Assembly: GCF_009914755.1 (NCBI RefSeq)
Contig: NC_060930.1
Strand: one strand, 5' to 3'
Source of the DNA: the human T2T-CHM13v2.0 reference genome, Homo sapiens
DNA: 64,000 bases
The translations under genes were made by a program, and so were the position numbers. Shown piece after piece: positions 26,001-41,463 of the stretch; position 1 is the first letter of the stretch; the number at the start of each line of letters is the position of its first letter. Under the pieces are notes generated by a model that worked only from the letters and a program-made list of their open reading frames with translations, made no database searches and was not told the origin of the DNA.

Positions 26001-27550
26001 TGTCCAGTGAAATAACAAAAATGTAACTAAGAACCAGGAAACTCCACATGGAATCACTGGCATTTCCAAGACCCCCTGGCATCTTCAAAAGTCTGGGTTT
26101 CTTTTCTCTTGCTCTAGAGGGCATCTGGCTCCTCTTCTTCTCTACCTTTCTGTACCCCTTTTCTCCCTTTTCTTTACCTGGGAGAGGAGACACAGGGTGG
26201 GCTTGCTTCCTGGCTTGAGCTTCTCTGGGGTTCCAAATCGGGGTACATCTCCACAAGGCACAGCAAACCTACTATATTCAAACTTCCTGCAATTAAGACT
26301 CACCCTACATGTTCTGGCCCAGTGGCTCAGTGCTGAACAAGGACATTGGCCAGACAAACACCCATTGCCCTGGGCCCTGGCCTCCCAGAATGGCACAAGA
26401 TCATGGCTCCCCGGCTCCTCCAAGGATGACCATGTCCACCACGATACTTAACAGTTGCCACACCAACCATGTCTGATCAAAGTGATTCTCACTGTGAATC
26501 ACTGTGAGACCTGAAGAGCAAAGCCTGCACATCCCGGAAGCTGTCTGAGGCTGCTCGGGGCATATTCTCTTTCTCTTTTAAAACACAGACTTGCCTTTGC
26601 TACCTTCTGTAGGCTATGTGAGCACAGCCGGATGTCCCATTCAAAGGAAGCTTCTTGACTTACTCATGGAGACTGTCACATCTTAGACGACAGAGCCTTC
26701 GCCAATGTTCATGTTCAAAACCATCCCACTTGACAGATCTAGGGCTGAGGGAATGTCTAATCTTAGCAGTAAAACTCACATTTATCATATTCTGATGACC
26801 AGTTTAGAAGAGAAGACAGCGGCAGTGGAAATATCTCTGGGACCTCTACAAGGGATTAACTCAACTGACTGTGGAATGCCAGTGCCTCACCAACTGATAT
26901 CCAGCTATGAATGTATTCTCCATCTAAAACTCAAGTGACTCTTAGAAAGGGATCACTGCAGATACCACACAGGCAGAGCATTTGTGCTTCCAATGAGGCT
27001 GGCATGTCTGGCTGTTATCAACACAATTGTCATATGATCGCTTGATAGACAAGCCCAAGCTAACACTGGGCCTAGCCTCTTGGTCACCGTGACTTTAAAC
27101 CTGGCCTGGAGTTGCCATGACCAGAGCTTACTGAGATTATGTGGTGAGGTCACCTGAGTCAGGAACAGAGCCAGGAAGCAGAGGCTAAGCCATTTGATGG
27201 GCAGACCTCTACTCCAGCCACAACATCACTGTCAAAACGAGGTCATGGACAAGTCTAGAATTCACGGTGATCAAAGGTGCTCTAAGCACTGTGGCTGAGG
27301 CTTTGCCATAATCCCAGGCTTTCCACAAGAAAAGCATATGTAAATGTTTTGACATGGTGTTGGGATATTTCACTTCAGTTTAGTGAGCTTAGGTACTGGC
27401 AAGAAAAACCCAACTGTATTTTATTCGAGCTGCTTCTACACACTTTATTTTGTTCTCTTGTTATTTTTCAATAGTGTTAACAAGGGGTGAATTATCTCCT
27501 GAACTTGGCACTTGGTTACTTCCCCAAGGCTCAGAACTGTGAAGTGTGAG

Positions 27551-27672
27551 TTCTCACTCAACAAATACTTCTTGAGCACCTATATGTGCCAGACACTGAG
27601 CCCATCCTAGAGACACAACACTGAACACAGCCGAGGGATATTCTGTCTTCGCAGAGATGATAGCCTAGTAGA
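27551..27672 (-). mobile_element. L2 3' tail
   Basis: cactcaacaaatacttcttgagcacctatatgtgccagacactg. Confidence 0.75.
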
Positions 27673-28656
27673 CAGTGTGTCCAACAGGTAAACTTGACCT
27701 ATTAGTCAAGCTTTTCTGCACAGGACCAAGGCCAGTCTATTCAAATTCTCAGTCACAGGACTAGAAGCATACTCCAAAATGAAAAAAGGGCACCTGTGAC
27801 CACAGCAGATGGCAGAGCTATGGACAGCCCTGGGATTGAAAGTAGCAGAAAGCAGCAGCAGGAGTTTCAGTTCCAGAATGCCCAGGCTGCCCCTGCTGAA
27901 GGTAGCGCCAAACTGCCCCGTTGTGCTATCTTGATTATTATAATTAATTCTAAAAACTACATCTTATAGAAGATTCCCTAAGGACTGGGCCCTCGGCTCA
28001 GGGCCTTACCCATGTAATCTGAGCATGGCAGGGCTCCTCTTTACCTGTTTGGCAGGCATCTTCCTGCTTGGCTCAAGAGGAGGGGAAGGGGAATCTGAGC
28101 CTTCAGTCTGAATGTCCCTCTGCCAGAGAAGTCATCTAGTTGGCCACCTCCTGCCGTGGTGGCAGGTTCCTCCAGTCTATGAAACAAGGGGGACATTTCT
28201 GCACCCACAGAATGCAGAAAACTGCCCAGTTAGCCCCTCTCTGCTGCAAACCCTTCACAATTCAACAGACAGATGCCTTCGGGAGAGTTTCTGGAACTCC
28301 AGTGTAAATAAGGTCAGGTGGATCAGAATGTTCTGTAAAGTGTTATAAAACTGTAGAATAATAGCATCATCATCATCATCATTATAAAAGGATAGTGATA
28401 ACATCTTAGGCTTGCTGCCTAGAGAGATTCAAGAACAATTACTTTATTTTTCTACTCTTTCTACTATATTTTTATTCTGTCTTTATGGTAGTATAATTTG
28501 CATATAATGAACATGTTTTAAGTGTAATGTCTGTCCAATTTTGTTTATTATTTTTGGGCTAACATAAAGTCAAATATATTTTAAAGTACAATAAAATCAA
28601 ATGGCTATATTTTAACTAATATAAATATGTAGAGCTACAAATTTAATTATGACACG

Positions 28657-29073
28657 TGTTATGGATTAAATGGTCATGCCCCTCCCCTAAATGCATATGT
28701 TGAAGCCCTAACCCCAAATGTGACAATATTTGGAGATAAGGCCTTTATGGAGGTAATTAAGGTAAAATTAAGTCGTAAGGGTGGGGCCCTAATCCAATAG
28801 TGATAATGCCCTCATATAAAGAGGAAGAGACACCAAGAGCTCTCTCACTCTTCACACAAGCACAAAAAAAGAGGTCAAAAAAGAGGTTGTGTAAGGACAC
28901 AGCAAGAAGGTTTCCACCTACACACCACAAGAAGAGGCCTCAGAATGAAATCTACCATGCCAGCACCTTGATCTTGAGCTTCCCAGCCCCGAGAACTGGG
29001 AGGAATAAATGACTATTGTTTAAGACACCCAGTCTATGGTATTTTGTTAGGGCAGCCTGAGCAGACTAAAACA
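28657..29073 (+). mobile_element. MaLR solo LTR (MLT1A-like), full length
   Basis: tgttatggattaaatg...atatgttgaagccctaacccc...cagtctatggtattttgttagggcagcctgagcagactaaaaca. Confidence 0.9.
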
Positions 29074-31753
29074 ATAGATTTTGGGCTCAGTTTAATAGTT
29101 ACACTTGATGATATATGTAGGCAAACCACTTCTCCATTTTTTTGTTGTTTTCTAATAGTGGCTTTTTGCCTATACTCTTTTAATCAATAGGATGTTGATC
29201 CTGCGTACTGTAAATGATTTTTAATGTTTTTAAAGTGGCATTATAAATTGTTGTATTTGTTTCTTTCTATCAGACACTGATCCAATAAATGCTTGAAAAG
29301 GTTGAATATTTGCAAAGATATTTTAGCTTAAATATGGACTTCTTTAAAGTCTGCTTGCAAATTGATTCCATTTGCCAGCCACCATTTCAATGCTGTGGGT
29401 AGAAATATGACGAAAATGAGATTAAATCAAAAGCAAGGCTGAACTCCCTGCAAATTTTCAAAACTGCATAAAAGACTCCCAAGCAAATATAACCAGAAAT
29501 TAATTCCATATTATGCTATCTGGAATGATTTACAGATGAAATTGTGATTTTTATTATAGCTCAAGCCAAAGCATTAGAGTCTGATTGAATATATACCTAG
29601 CCACCGAATCAGACTTAAGGATGGCTTCTCTGAACACATACGAGTAGAAAGTAGAAAGAATTGGGGAAGAAGTGAACTGGACCTGAAGCCCACTCTCAGC
29701 CTTCCAGCCCGTGCCTCCTCTCTCTGCTGCCCCGTAAGGCTGCTCCTGGGGGCCCCGAGGTCATCCTTGGCTACTGCGTTCCCCACTGCCTTCCCCAGGC
29801 TCTGGACTTTCCTCCCTCATTCTCCCCATCAAACCTTATCTGCCTGGTGCCATTGGGCTCCAGCTTCCCATTAGGAAACTGAATCTCTGCAGGATATGGA
29901 TGTCACTGCTCGGGATGGCCCTCCTTCCTGCCTATCCCACATATGTGTATTGAAACAATGCTCTTGTAAAGAACATGCCTAAACTAAGGGATCATTTTGA
30001 TGATACCTATTCCAGTCTTTGGTCTCTAGCTGTATTGGTTTCATGGACCCAACACTCATCTTTATCAAGTTTGATTAATTCTTTTTCCACAGGAATATAA
30101 TATCATAATACTCCCTTAAGGTTTGAAATAACTCAAATAATCACCCAGGGTTACAGTAATACTAGTGCCAATAGAAAGTAACCTTTAAGTATAAACTAAA
30201 GCCTATTAGCACTTTGAAATCTAAATAAACCTATTTTTTTCCTGTGAATTGTTAGTAGGTGTTATTATAGAGTTCCTAAAGTTGCCTGTGAGTAGAACAG
30301 GAAATAAATTTCTCCCAATGAAAGAATATTGAAGACTTCATGACTGTCCCACAATACCCCAAAAGAGGCATTTCCTCTGAGGTTGAGCTTCCAAAAATGG
30401 AAATGCCCCAGAATGTATGGTTTAAGAGAATTTCGATGTGAGACACACACTTTTCTGGAAGAACCTGTAGCTCTTCCTTGTTGGCAGCCCCAAAGTCTAT
30501 GAATCCCAAGATAGCCTCTGGTTCGGGATTGTTTTGCCATGGAGAAGAGAATGTGACATAAGGATGGCTGCCCGTCTCTTCTCTATGGGGCAGTTAGACT
30601 CATCCCCAAAGAAAGGCATCAAATCCCCATGATGCCCAGCCCCTGGTCACACCACGCAAAGATGGCAGGCCTCACAGGTCTCTTCCCTGCTGGGAAATGA
30701 CAACAGTTCTCTCCCAGAAGGTGCTTCTCCCATGCTCACTCTGGAAGCACCCTTTCATCACCTTGCTATAAACTGAAATTCCCAGAAATTAGGATCTGCA
30801 TCTGTAATTCCATCAGAATCTCCACATAGGTTTGAATTCTAAAATGAGAGAAGGAATCGGCTATGCCTGCTCTTGGTCTCAGCCTCTGAAATAGCTGCCT
30901 GCTGACTCATAGTGTAAACACAGGGGTTCATTCCCTTCTCTCCGAAATCTGCTCGTATGCACCCAAAATTATTATTATCTATGTCCAATCATGGAAGCAG
31001 GACAAGCTGAAAGACTGCCAGCACGGCCTCTGCCTTTCTCGATTTAAATATATAGATCTGGCTTTGGGCAGGCTCTTCAGACTGACACACTCTCCAGACG
31101 TAAATGTTATTTTATTAAGATACAGGGTGACATAAAAATATTTGTATAATCAATATATCGTGTTCTGCTTTAAAATCTGTGACAGGTCTTCAAGTAATCT
31201 CATTTTCACAGATCAAGTAGACTAGTCAGAAGTCTTGATGAATGTTGAAGGAGACATCATGGTAATTTACACTAGATTCACATTATATCCAGTTTCTGTG
31301 TGCAAAGAAATGGAAATAAGTTTGTACAAATCTTCCCCCACCTCCATAACCTAAAACACAGGAGACAACTTTAACTATATAATGTAATATTTCCAACAGG
31401 ATGAGGATAGGCAGTACTTTCACCTTATTGACTTACCTTTAGCTTTTTGATTGGCTGAAGGCACTTCCTCAGAATAGATTCTTTGAAATGATCCTCTTCT
31501 TAACACAGTTCATTTTAAATATCCTACTTTTCTTAATAGTTTTCAATGCAACCCATCATCAAAGGGAAGGAGTTGATGAAAAGAAATGAAATTGAAACGT
31601 GCACCTGGGGAGAAGTGATTGAAGGTTCTTCATTTAAGGGATTGGCTCCTTTTCTCTTATTATACTGTGAAATCTGAAAACATCTCTTGAAATTCTGGTC
31701 ACTGTCTTCTGGACATCCCAAGGCGCACCATCTCCACAGTTCCTCCCTCCTAG

Positions 31754-31924
31754 ATTATCCCATCCAGTGTGGCATCCAGTGTGGCAAATGGAAAGACTCT
31801 TCCAGTGGGCAACTGAAAAGGACACCAAAGAAAGCAGATACAGCCCATGATCAAAGAAGCACATAACTTCAGTTTGGAACATGACTGATAGAAAGATCAA
31901 TTAGACAATGTACACCAATCAAAG
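31754..31924 (+). other. Candidate non-coding internal exon (171 nt)
   Basis: Acceptor ttcctccctcctag|a and near-consensus donor aag|gtaagc; stop codons in all three frames; unique sequence. Confidence 0.3.
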
Positions 31925-32028
31925 GTAAGCACCAACAGGTGCTATTGTACCAGAAAACAAACACAAAGGCTGAGGCTTTCCAGTGTTTGGGGAAACAGCC
32001 TCAATAAAAGGGATCTCAGGAATGGATT

Positions 32029-32365
32029 TATCCTTCTATCCTTCCTTCCACCCCTTCAACTGAGCCTCTACTACATGCTGGGCACTGTGCCAAAGGCCGG
32101 CAACTCGGAAATGAATAGGCTTGGTTCCTGCCCTCAAGTGACTTATAGTCCACGGTGGCGGTGGAGGGTGGGTGGATAGGGAAGTTGTTGAGGGAAGACA
32201 AAGAAATGTGCAGTGAAGTTTACCAGAACATAGGGTGTAGGCTGCTGACGGAGCATGAAGGAGGAAGGAGACAAGGACTCTGGGAGTTCAGGAAAGGATG
32301 TATCCCGGATAGAGGTGATGCCTAGGCAGAGTCTGGAAATATGAGTAATAATAAGAGCAAGCATA
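32029..32365 (-). mobile_element. L2 3' portion
   Basis: actgagcctctactacatgctgggcactgtgc...ggttcctgccctcaagtgacttatagtc. Confidence 0.75.
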
Positions 32366-32377
32366 CAGGAAGATACA

Positions 32378-32929
<552 letters not shown>

Positions 32930-33299
32930 AGAGTTTGCCAGACAGGTGAGAAGCAACATTTTTGGAAGAGGGTCAGGGCCATAGGTTTTGTGAAGTGACA
33001 GAGCATGACATTCAGATTCAGTAGGGCTTAAAGACCCAAGTTTTGGAAAGTAGAGGAGATCTGAACCTTAGCCGTAGCTTCTAGAGGTGGGCTAAGAGCA
33101 ACCTGGGCACATGTAGTGGTGACCAGAGGACTTGCAGCCATCAAATCACTATGGTGTGCTGTTTATTTCTCCCAAAGACTCAGGAGGGGAGAGGTTTGAT
33201 ACTTTTTTCTCATATCAGATAACTTTAAAATGTAGTTTTATATTATAGAATAGGATGTAAAATTACCATGACATTTTTCCTTGTTTCTTCTTCCTTTTG

Positions 33300-33710
33300 A
33301 TATATGATTTAAATTGTTTCTTTAATGTATTTATTTATACTAAATAAAACAACTCATGGTTATATAAATTATTTCTCTTCCTGAAATTCCTTCATTCTTT
33401 TTCACCGAGATAGTCCCTCTGTCCACGCTTATACAACTAGATATTGATGCATGTGGGCAAAATTAGGGTGTTTTGCTGTTTGTTTATACAGATATGGAAA
33501 CAATGCACTCTTTATTCCATGGCTTGCTTTGCTCACTTAATAATACCTCATGGACAACCCCCTAGCATCATCTTACTGAGAATCGTACAGTAATCCATAC
33601 CATCACTTTTGTACCATTCCCCTACAGATGGATGGTTTCCAGATTCTGCCTCTTCAAGCAAAGCTGAAACAAATACTTCTGTCTATACATTTCTCCCTCC
33701 TCTGCGTTTA
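33300..33710 (-). mobile_element. Old L1 (L1ME-like) fragment
   Basis: cttgctttgctcacttaataatacctcatggaca...accattcccctacagatggatggtttccag. Confidence 0.55.
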
Positions 33711-33741
33711 CACTTTAAAAATTATACAGTCGTTACTGGAC

Positions 33742-34027
33742 TTTTTTTTTTTGACAGAGTCTTGCTGTCACCCAGGCTGGAGTGCAGTGGCACGATCTCT
33801 GCTCACTACAAGCTCCGCTCCGAGGTTCAAGCAATTCTCCTGCCTCAGCCTCTTAAGTAGCTGAGACTACAGGCGCCCACCACCACGCCCAGCTAATTTT
33901 TATATTTTTAGTGGAGACAGGGTTTCACCATGTTGGCCAGGATGGTCTCGATCTCTTGACCTCATGATCCACCCGCCTTGGCCTCCCAAAGTGCTGGGAT
34001 TACAGGCATGAGCCACCACGCCCGGCC
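33742..34027 (-). mobile_element. Alu (AluSc-like)
   Basis: gccaggatggtctcgatctcttgacctcatgatcc is Sc-type; TSD gttactggacttttt / gttattggacttttt. Confidence 0.96.
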
Positions 34028-34484
34028 GGTTATTGGACTTTTTACCAAAGGCCCACTTCTACCTTCAAGGGAAATGGCTCCCTAGCATTTGCTCCTAAAA
34101 GCAAATGGTCTGTTCAGGCCTAAAATTTCAAATTGTGTTCAATAGGCTACTTTTTACAGGACTCTGTTTTCCCTAGAAGACTGCATGAAACAATTTCCAG
34201 AAAATGTAAACTCCAGTCTTCATGGATAATTTCCTCCACCTACCTAATTTGCACCATCGAAACAAAGCTTTTTCTAAAACCGCTAATCAGAAGGTCTTAT
34301 GTTGTTTTCTATTCGACCATAGCCTTTTAAAATAACAGTTGAAATGTCAAAGAAATCCCAAGTTCACCGCAGGTGTTCCTGGACTGGGCTGTTAAGTCGT
34401 GACAGTCAACATGAGAGGGCCAAGGAAGGCGGGAACCTAGGGCTCAGGCGGAGGGGCCAGGTCAGATTCAGAAGAGCTGGGCGC

Positions 34485-34642
34485 TCTTTTTTGTATGAGC
34501 CTGGGTCTTGCTCTCTTGCCGGGCTGGAGCACAGTGGCACAATCACGGCTCACTGCAGCCTCGGACTCCTGAGCTCAAGCCCTCCTCCCAGCTCAGCCTC
34601 CTGAGTGGCTGGGACTACAGATGCACCACCACACTCGGCTAA
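34485..34642 (-). mobile_element. Alu right monomer (FRAM/AluJ-like)
   Basis: gggtcttgctctc...cacggctcactgcagcctcggactcctgagctcaagc...ctcggctaa. Confidence 0.88.
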
Positions 34643-35089
34643 GTTGCTCTTTTGATTTCCTCTCTGCAATATTGAAGCCGTTTTCATCTGAAATTGATTC
34701 TGTTTGTCAAGGAAGACTAAAACCAAACAGAAAGTGCCTGAGTTCTGCTTCCTCCAAGCCTCTTGCCACAGCAGTCCCTGTTCAGCAGTCAGGGCCCACT
34801 CTCAGTTCCTTACCCCCAACCTTTTGCTGCTGCTCTGCCCTCACCACCCAGCCGCCTCCCTTGCAGTTGCAACAGCTCCTGCTCAGGTAAGCCCTCCCTC
34901 TTCCCAACAACCCCCACCCCTCTCCTCCAAGGCTATCCACTCCCAACCTCTACTGCCCCCTCGTAAGTGTGAGCTCCCTGAGGGTAGGAACGTCATCATC
35001 CCGTGTGGCTCCCACCACATCCCTGGTGCCCTGCACTGGGTCTGCTTTACAGAAACACACAGGTAAGCACACAAATGGCCTCAGGCACG

Positions 35090-35235
35090 TCACGGACACC
35101 TCCTGCCATGAACCAGACACTGTTCCAAGAGTTTCACACACGTCATTTTGTTTAATTCTTAAAACCACTCTCTGGGGTAGACACCAATCATGTCCCCTTT
35201 GTAGGTATGGAAGCTGAGATAAGGCTCCATACATG
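35090..35235 (-). mobile_element. MIR fragment
   Basis: accagacactgttccaagagtttcacacacgtcattttgtttaattcttaaaaccactct. Confidence 0.55.
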
Positions 35236-35679
35236 CAAGCATGGGGTCCTCTCGTCAGCCAAACACACTCCTTTAATCTGACTTAAAATGACTATAAGCG
35301 GCTTCTCCAGGCTCTTCAGCCGCTCCCACAACCCCCAGCGCATTTTGGGTTTTGGCCTCTCTGATGCAAGTCTTACTCATGCCTTCTGTGCTCCTTATTG
35401 ACTTCTATCTTGATTGTATCCTTTTTGCATCAGTTTCATAACTGCCCCTATGGGGTTAGAACTCATTAGAGAGCTGCCAGTGCAGCCACTCTGTTGGAGG
35501 GGACAAGTGGAGGTGTCTGTCTGTTATTTTCAGTAAGCTCGAGCTGTAACGACACAGGGTGAGTCCCAGGGAGAAGTGCATCCAGTCATCCGGAGGCCGC
35601 CTCTTCCAAAACCCTGGGCCACGGAACCGGTAGTGTCCATCTTTCCCCTGAATTTTAAGAAATGAGCATCTTAATCCGC

Positions 35680-35902
35680 TGGGATACAGGGAGGAGAACA
35701 TCACACACGAGGTCCTGTTGAGGGGTAGGGGCAGCGGGTGGGAGAACATTAGGACAAATACCTAATGCATGCAGGACTTAAAAGCTAGATGGTGGGTTGA
35801 TAGGTGCAGCAAACCACTATGGCACATGTATACCTGTGTAACAAACCTGCATGTTCTGCACATGCATCCTAGAACTTAAAGTAAAATAAAATAAAAGACA
35901 GA
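35680..35902 (+). mobile_element. 5'-truncated primate L1 (L1PA7/8-like) 3' end
   Basis: acattaggacaaatacctaatgcatgc...ggtgcagcaaaccactatggcacatgtatacctgtgtaacaaacctgcatgttctgcacatg...agaacttaaagtaaaataaa. Confidence 0.92.
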
Positions 35903-35920
35903 AAGAAATAAACATTCTAA

Positions 35921-36207
<287 letters not shown>

Positions 36208-36286
36208 GAGAGAGACAGAGAGGGAAAGAAAAAGAAAGGAAGGAAGGAAGGAAGGAAGGAAGGAAGGAAGAAAAGAAGGAAGGAAG

Positions 36287-36318
<32 letters not shown>

Positions 36319-36338
36319 AAGAGAGAAAGAAAGAAAAG
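36208..36338. repeat. Compound GA/GGAA/GAAA microsatellite grown from an Alu tail
   Basis: Includes 8 consecutive GGAA units at 36238-36269. Confidence 0.95.
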
Positions 36339-36937
36339 CATTCTACACATTTAGAGTTCAGTGAAAATTGTTCACATCTGAGTCTCCCCACTGGCCAGCA
36401 CACTCTTTCTCCCAAGGTGGTCATAAGTAGCACTGTATGCACTTGGTCATTTACAAGTATTGACAGGAGTAGTTTCCCTAGTTCTTCCTGTGCCCTCCGG
36501 AAAATAACGTCAGCAAGAGAAGTCAGGAATTTTCTGGAGGTCTGCTATAAAGGGAGTGAAGCCCCGTGAGGCTCACCTTGACCAGCCCCCCAGTGCTGCT
36601 GTCCCTGCCCTGGGCCTGTTTTGTGAGCTGTGTCTGAGGCACCTGCCATTTTCTCTGTCTTGTCACAGGAGCAGTCATGTCCCCACCCCCGGCCACAGTC
36701 ACTGCTATTCATCTCCTGCCACAGTTCTGCCTCTTAAAGGATATGTGTCCACCCTCTCCCACGCCTCACCATCCCCCATACACATACACACAGAGGCCAA
36801 ATTACACAGCAGAGGAGTGATGGTGGACACAGCCATGCTTGCAAGATTCCTTCCTATATATTTTATTTTTCTCTTGGCTCATCTAGTTTCAAAGTTTACT
36901 ATACTACAGTCTCTCTTCCCTTCCCCCTGCAACTCTG

Positions 36938-36966
36938 CACACAGACACACACACATACACACACAC

Positions 36967-36999
<33 letters not shown>

Positions 37000-37010
37000 C
37001 ACACAGACAC
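36938..37010. repeat. Interrupted (CA)n
   Basis: Direct reading of the sequence. Confidence 0.95.
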
Positions 37011-37226
37011 CTACCCTACTAGAAGCAATTCTTGGCCACACCTCCCCAGAGCTTACAGCAGTGCCCAGGGCATGGGTGTGGCCCCAGGCAGACAGAACTC
37101 TGCTCCCAACAGTTCAACTTCACCTCCTAGAATAATCCCCTCTTCAGCATTGGACCCTCAAAAACATCCCATCAGGACCTACAAATCTAGGACCTGCTCT
37201 TAGGGACATCTCTAAGCAAAGGTGTG

Positions 37227-37512
37227 CTCTCTCTGTAACTCTCTCTCTGTCTCTCCATCTCTGTCTCTCTCTGTCTCTCTATCTCTGTCTTTCTCTCTGT
37301 CTCTCTCTGTCTCTTTCTCTCTATCTCTGTCTCTTTCTCTCTGTCTCCCTCTCTCTTTCTGTCTCTGTCTCTGTCTCCCTCTCTTTCTGTCTCTCTGTCT
37401 CTGTCTCCCTCTCTCTTTCTGTCTCTCTGTATGTCTCTGTCTGTGTGTGTCTCTCCATCTGTGTGTGTGTGTCTGTCTGTCTCTCTCTCTTTCTCTCCCT
37501 GTCTCTATCTTT
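37227..37512. repeat. CT-rich low-complexity repeat, (TCTCTG)n/(TC)n grading into TG
   Basis: About 285 bp of tctctg/tctc units. Confidence 0.93.
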
Positions 37513-37579
37513 CACGGCGCCCTCACTCTCAGGCTCCCGCTTTCCTGTGCAGATGCGTCTCCTGCCCTCATTTCTTCCC

Positions 37580-38530
<951 letters not shown>

Positions 38531-39903
38531 GGCAGATGGCAGCACACCGGCTATTTTTTACCAGGTACGTTGAATTGATGAGGCTATCCTTTCCTTTCCT
38601 TTCCTTTGCTTTGCTTCAAATCTTGGTTATTCTTGGGAACTCATATAACTACCTTGCATTATGAAAATCACTTCACTTGTTTAACATATTCACCTGTTTA
38701 ATACATGGACATACAGGCCTCTGACACCATTCGTTTTAGTTCTGCCTCTCTTCATTGTTTTCTCCGAAACCTCGCTCACTCACGCTTATTTCCAAAGGAT
38801 ATTTGCTGTCCCCATAGCAGCCAGCTTTCATCAGCTCTTCAAGGATTAATACTCCCTCTTTCTCCATTTTCATTTTAAATCCCACTCAATGCACAGCTCT
38901 GTCGCTGTGAGTCAGTTGTTTGCCAAGTTAACGCTTTCCTTTTGCCGGGTGCCTCCTGGAGATGCAGTACCATAATCAACCGTAGAGATGACTGTAAACG
39001 TGGACACCTCAGACTCCAGGTCAGGCCATCACCAGAAATATGTTGAGCTAACAGTTCTCACCACATGACAAGATTCTTATTTCTTCTTGGTTTGGTGCCA
39101 GCCTCCACCCTACCCTTCCTTTTCATAAGTCTCTGGGGGAAGCTGGACTCCAGGGGCGAGCATTAGAGGAGGTGGAAAGGTGGTCATCACCCCATATGAC
39201 CCGGCCTGTGACTCCCACTGGGACAAACTTAAGAAGAAATAAATTGTAGCTCTAGCATTTCAAGCTAGAGAAGAGATTTGCTTTTTCAATAAAACAATGA
39301 TAGAATTTTGGACCCAATCATGTTTTCCTTCTTGTTTCCTTGAAAATTATTTCCTGCATAATTCTGTGGCAGCCCACGGACCCATGGCAGTTCCACACAC
39401 GAGTCCTGTCAATTTCGGAAGTCTTTCCTTTCTGCCAACAGCTTCAGTGCTGGGATTAGCACATCACTCATCAAATAAGACAGGAGAATGGTCTCCCCAC
39501 AGGAACCTCTGCTCTTGAATTCCTATACTCATCTCATTTATAAAAAGTTAAGCACTCGTGGCATAACTTGTGTCCGATCCAAAAAGACTTTAGCTGTACT
39601 TTGTTAAAACATGTACCATATTTAAAATCTAAAAGTATTATGAAACTCAGTCTCTAGAAAATCATTGTACTACCTTACTAATTCTAATTTTTATGGGAAT
39701 TGCACTAATTCTTAAACTAGCAAGCAAAGAAGGAATTAATGTACAAGAACCATTGAAAGGAACATGATTTTCTTTTCTTGTTTTGTTTTCTTTTTTATAA
39801 ACAAAAAAATATATAAGGAATAATTTATCCTTAAGGATATTTTCTTGAGATTATTTCCATTCAATTTCTTAGAGACTTCCAGGATAAGCAGATACTTGAG
39901 CTA

Positions 39904-40238
<335 letters not shown>

Positions 40239-40315
40239 GAGGGCAGAGTTCTGTGTGCATCTTCTAAGGCTGAGCATGGGAGTCCTTGAAAGGGGACGTT
40301 GTGGTTGGTGGCCTA

Positions 40316-40895
40316 TGGTAGATTGAGTCATTAGCATTAATGCTTATCCATCCCTATACCGATCCTGTCTTTATTTAAAAACTTTGGTATTTTGCTCATC
40401 CCAAATGTTCTGCATTAACTTTGGTTTTTAAAAATATTTTATATTAATTATTTATCTTGATTAAATATCTTGACGCCCCTTAAACTTTTCACTGAAGACA
40501 AGTATTTGCTCGTCTCACCCTAGTCTTAGTACTGCTCACACCCTTTGCCATGTGATGTTGGAGTTCCTCCACTCACCAGACAGAATATATTTCTCCTCCT
40601 TTTGACTTTGAGGTTAGTCATGTGACTGGTGTTGGCCAATAAAATGAGAAAGGATGGTGTGTCACTTCCACTTGCCCTATTTCTCTTCCACTCTTACCAT
40701 GAGAAGAACTTGCCTTTGGTCCCACGAGGAGAAGCTATATGGAGCAGAGAAGGAGATTTACAGGGAGCAGAGGCAGCCCAGCCAAGCTCTATCAGGTGCA
40801 CCCAGCCTAGACCAGCCAAGACACAGAGACCTGAGCTAAATCAGTACTTACTGTTGGGATTTTCTCATTGTTTGTTTCACAGAAATGGATTACAC
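40316..40895 (+). mobile_element. MaLR LTR (MLT1H/I-like), interrupted by MER96B
   Basis: ccctttgccatgtgatgttggagttcctcc...ttagtcatgtgactggtgttggccaataaaatg...ccatgagaagaac. Confidence 0.65.
40365..40533. mobile_element. MER96B-like hAT element fragment
   Basis: tttggtattttgctcatc...gacgccccttaaactttt...ctcgtctcaccctagtc. Confidence 0.55.
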
Positions 40896-41157
40896 ACACC
40901 AACATACCAACAAACCAACAACAATTATTTCAGCCTGGCTGGTTCGTGTAAGTTAATCCTGGTAATCCTGTTCCCTTTCCCCTTGTCAGTACTTGGCTGA
41001 GGAAGGGAGATGTCTAGGCCCATTGGGGCCAATGAAACATAAAAGAGATTTGCTGGAGTCTTCAGGATAAATTATTTCTTTCTTTTATGTGATATGCCAA
41101 GATATACTCTCTAATTCCCTTTCTTTCTTCTTTGTGAATAAGAAAGAATGTAGTTTT

Positions 41158-41459
<302 letters not shown>

Positions 41460-41463
41460 GAAA

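Noticed and set aside
29578-29615. Inverted repeat agtctgatt...aatcagact
   Set aside because: Only a 9-bp stem with a ~20-nt loop; expected by chance and with no RNA-gene context.
36556-37203. Longest ORF in the track (215 aa)
   Set aside because: GTG start, runs through a (CA)n repeat (HTHTH), has no recognisable domain and no exon structure; best explained by chance and low complexity.
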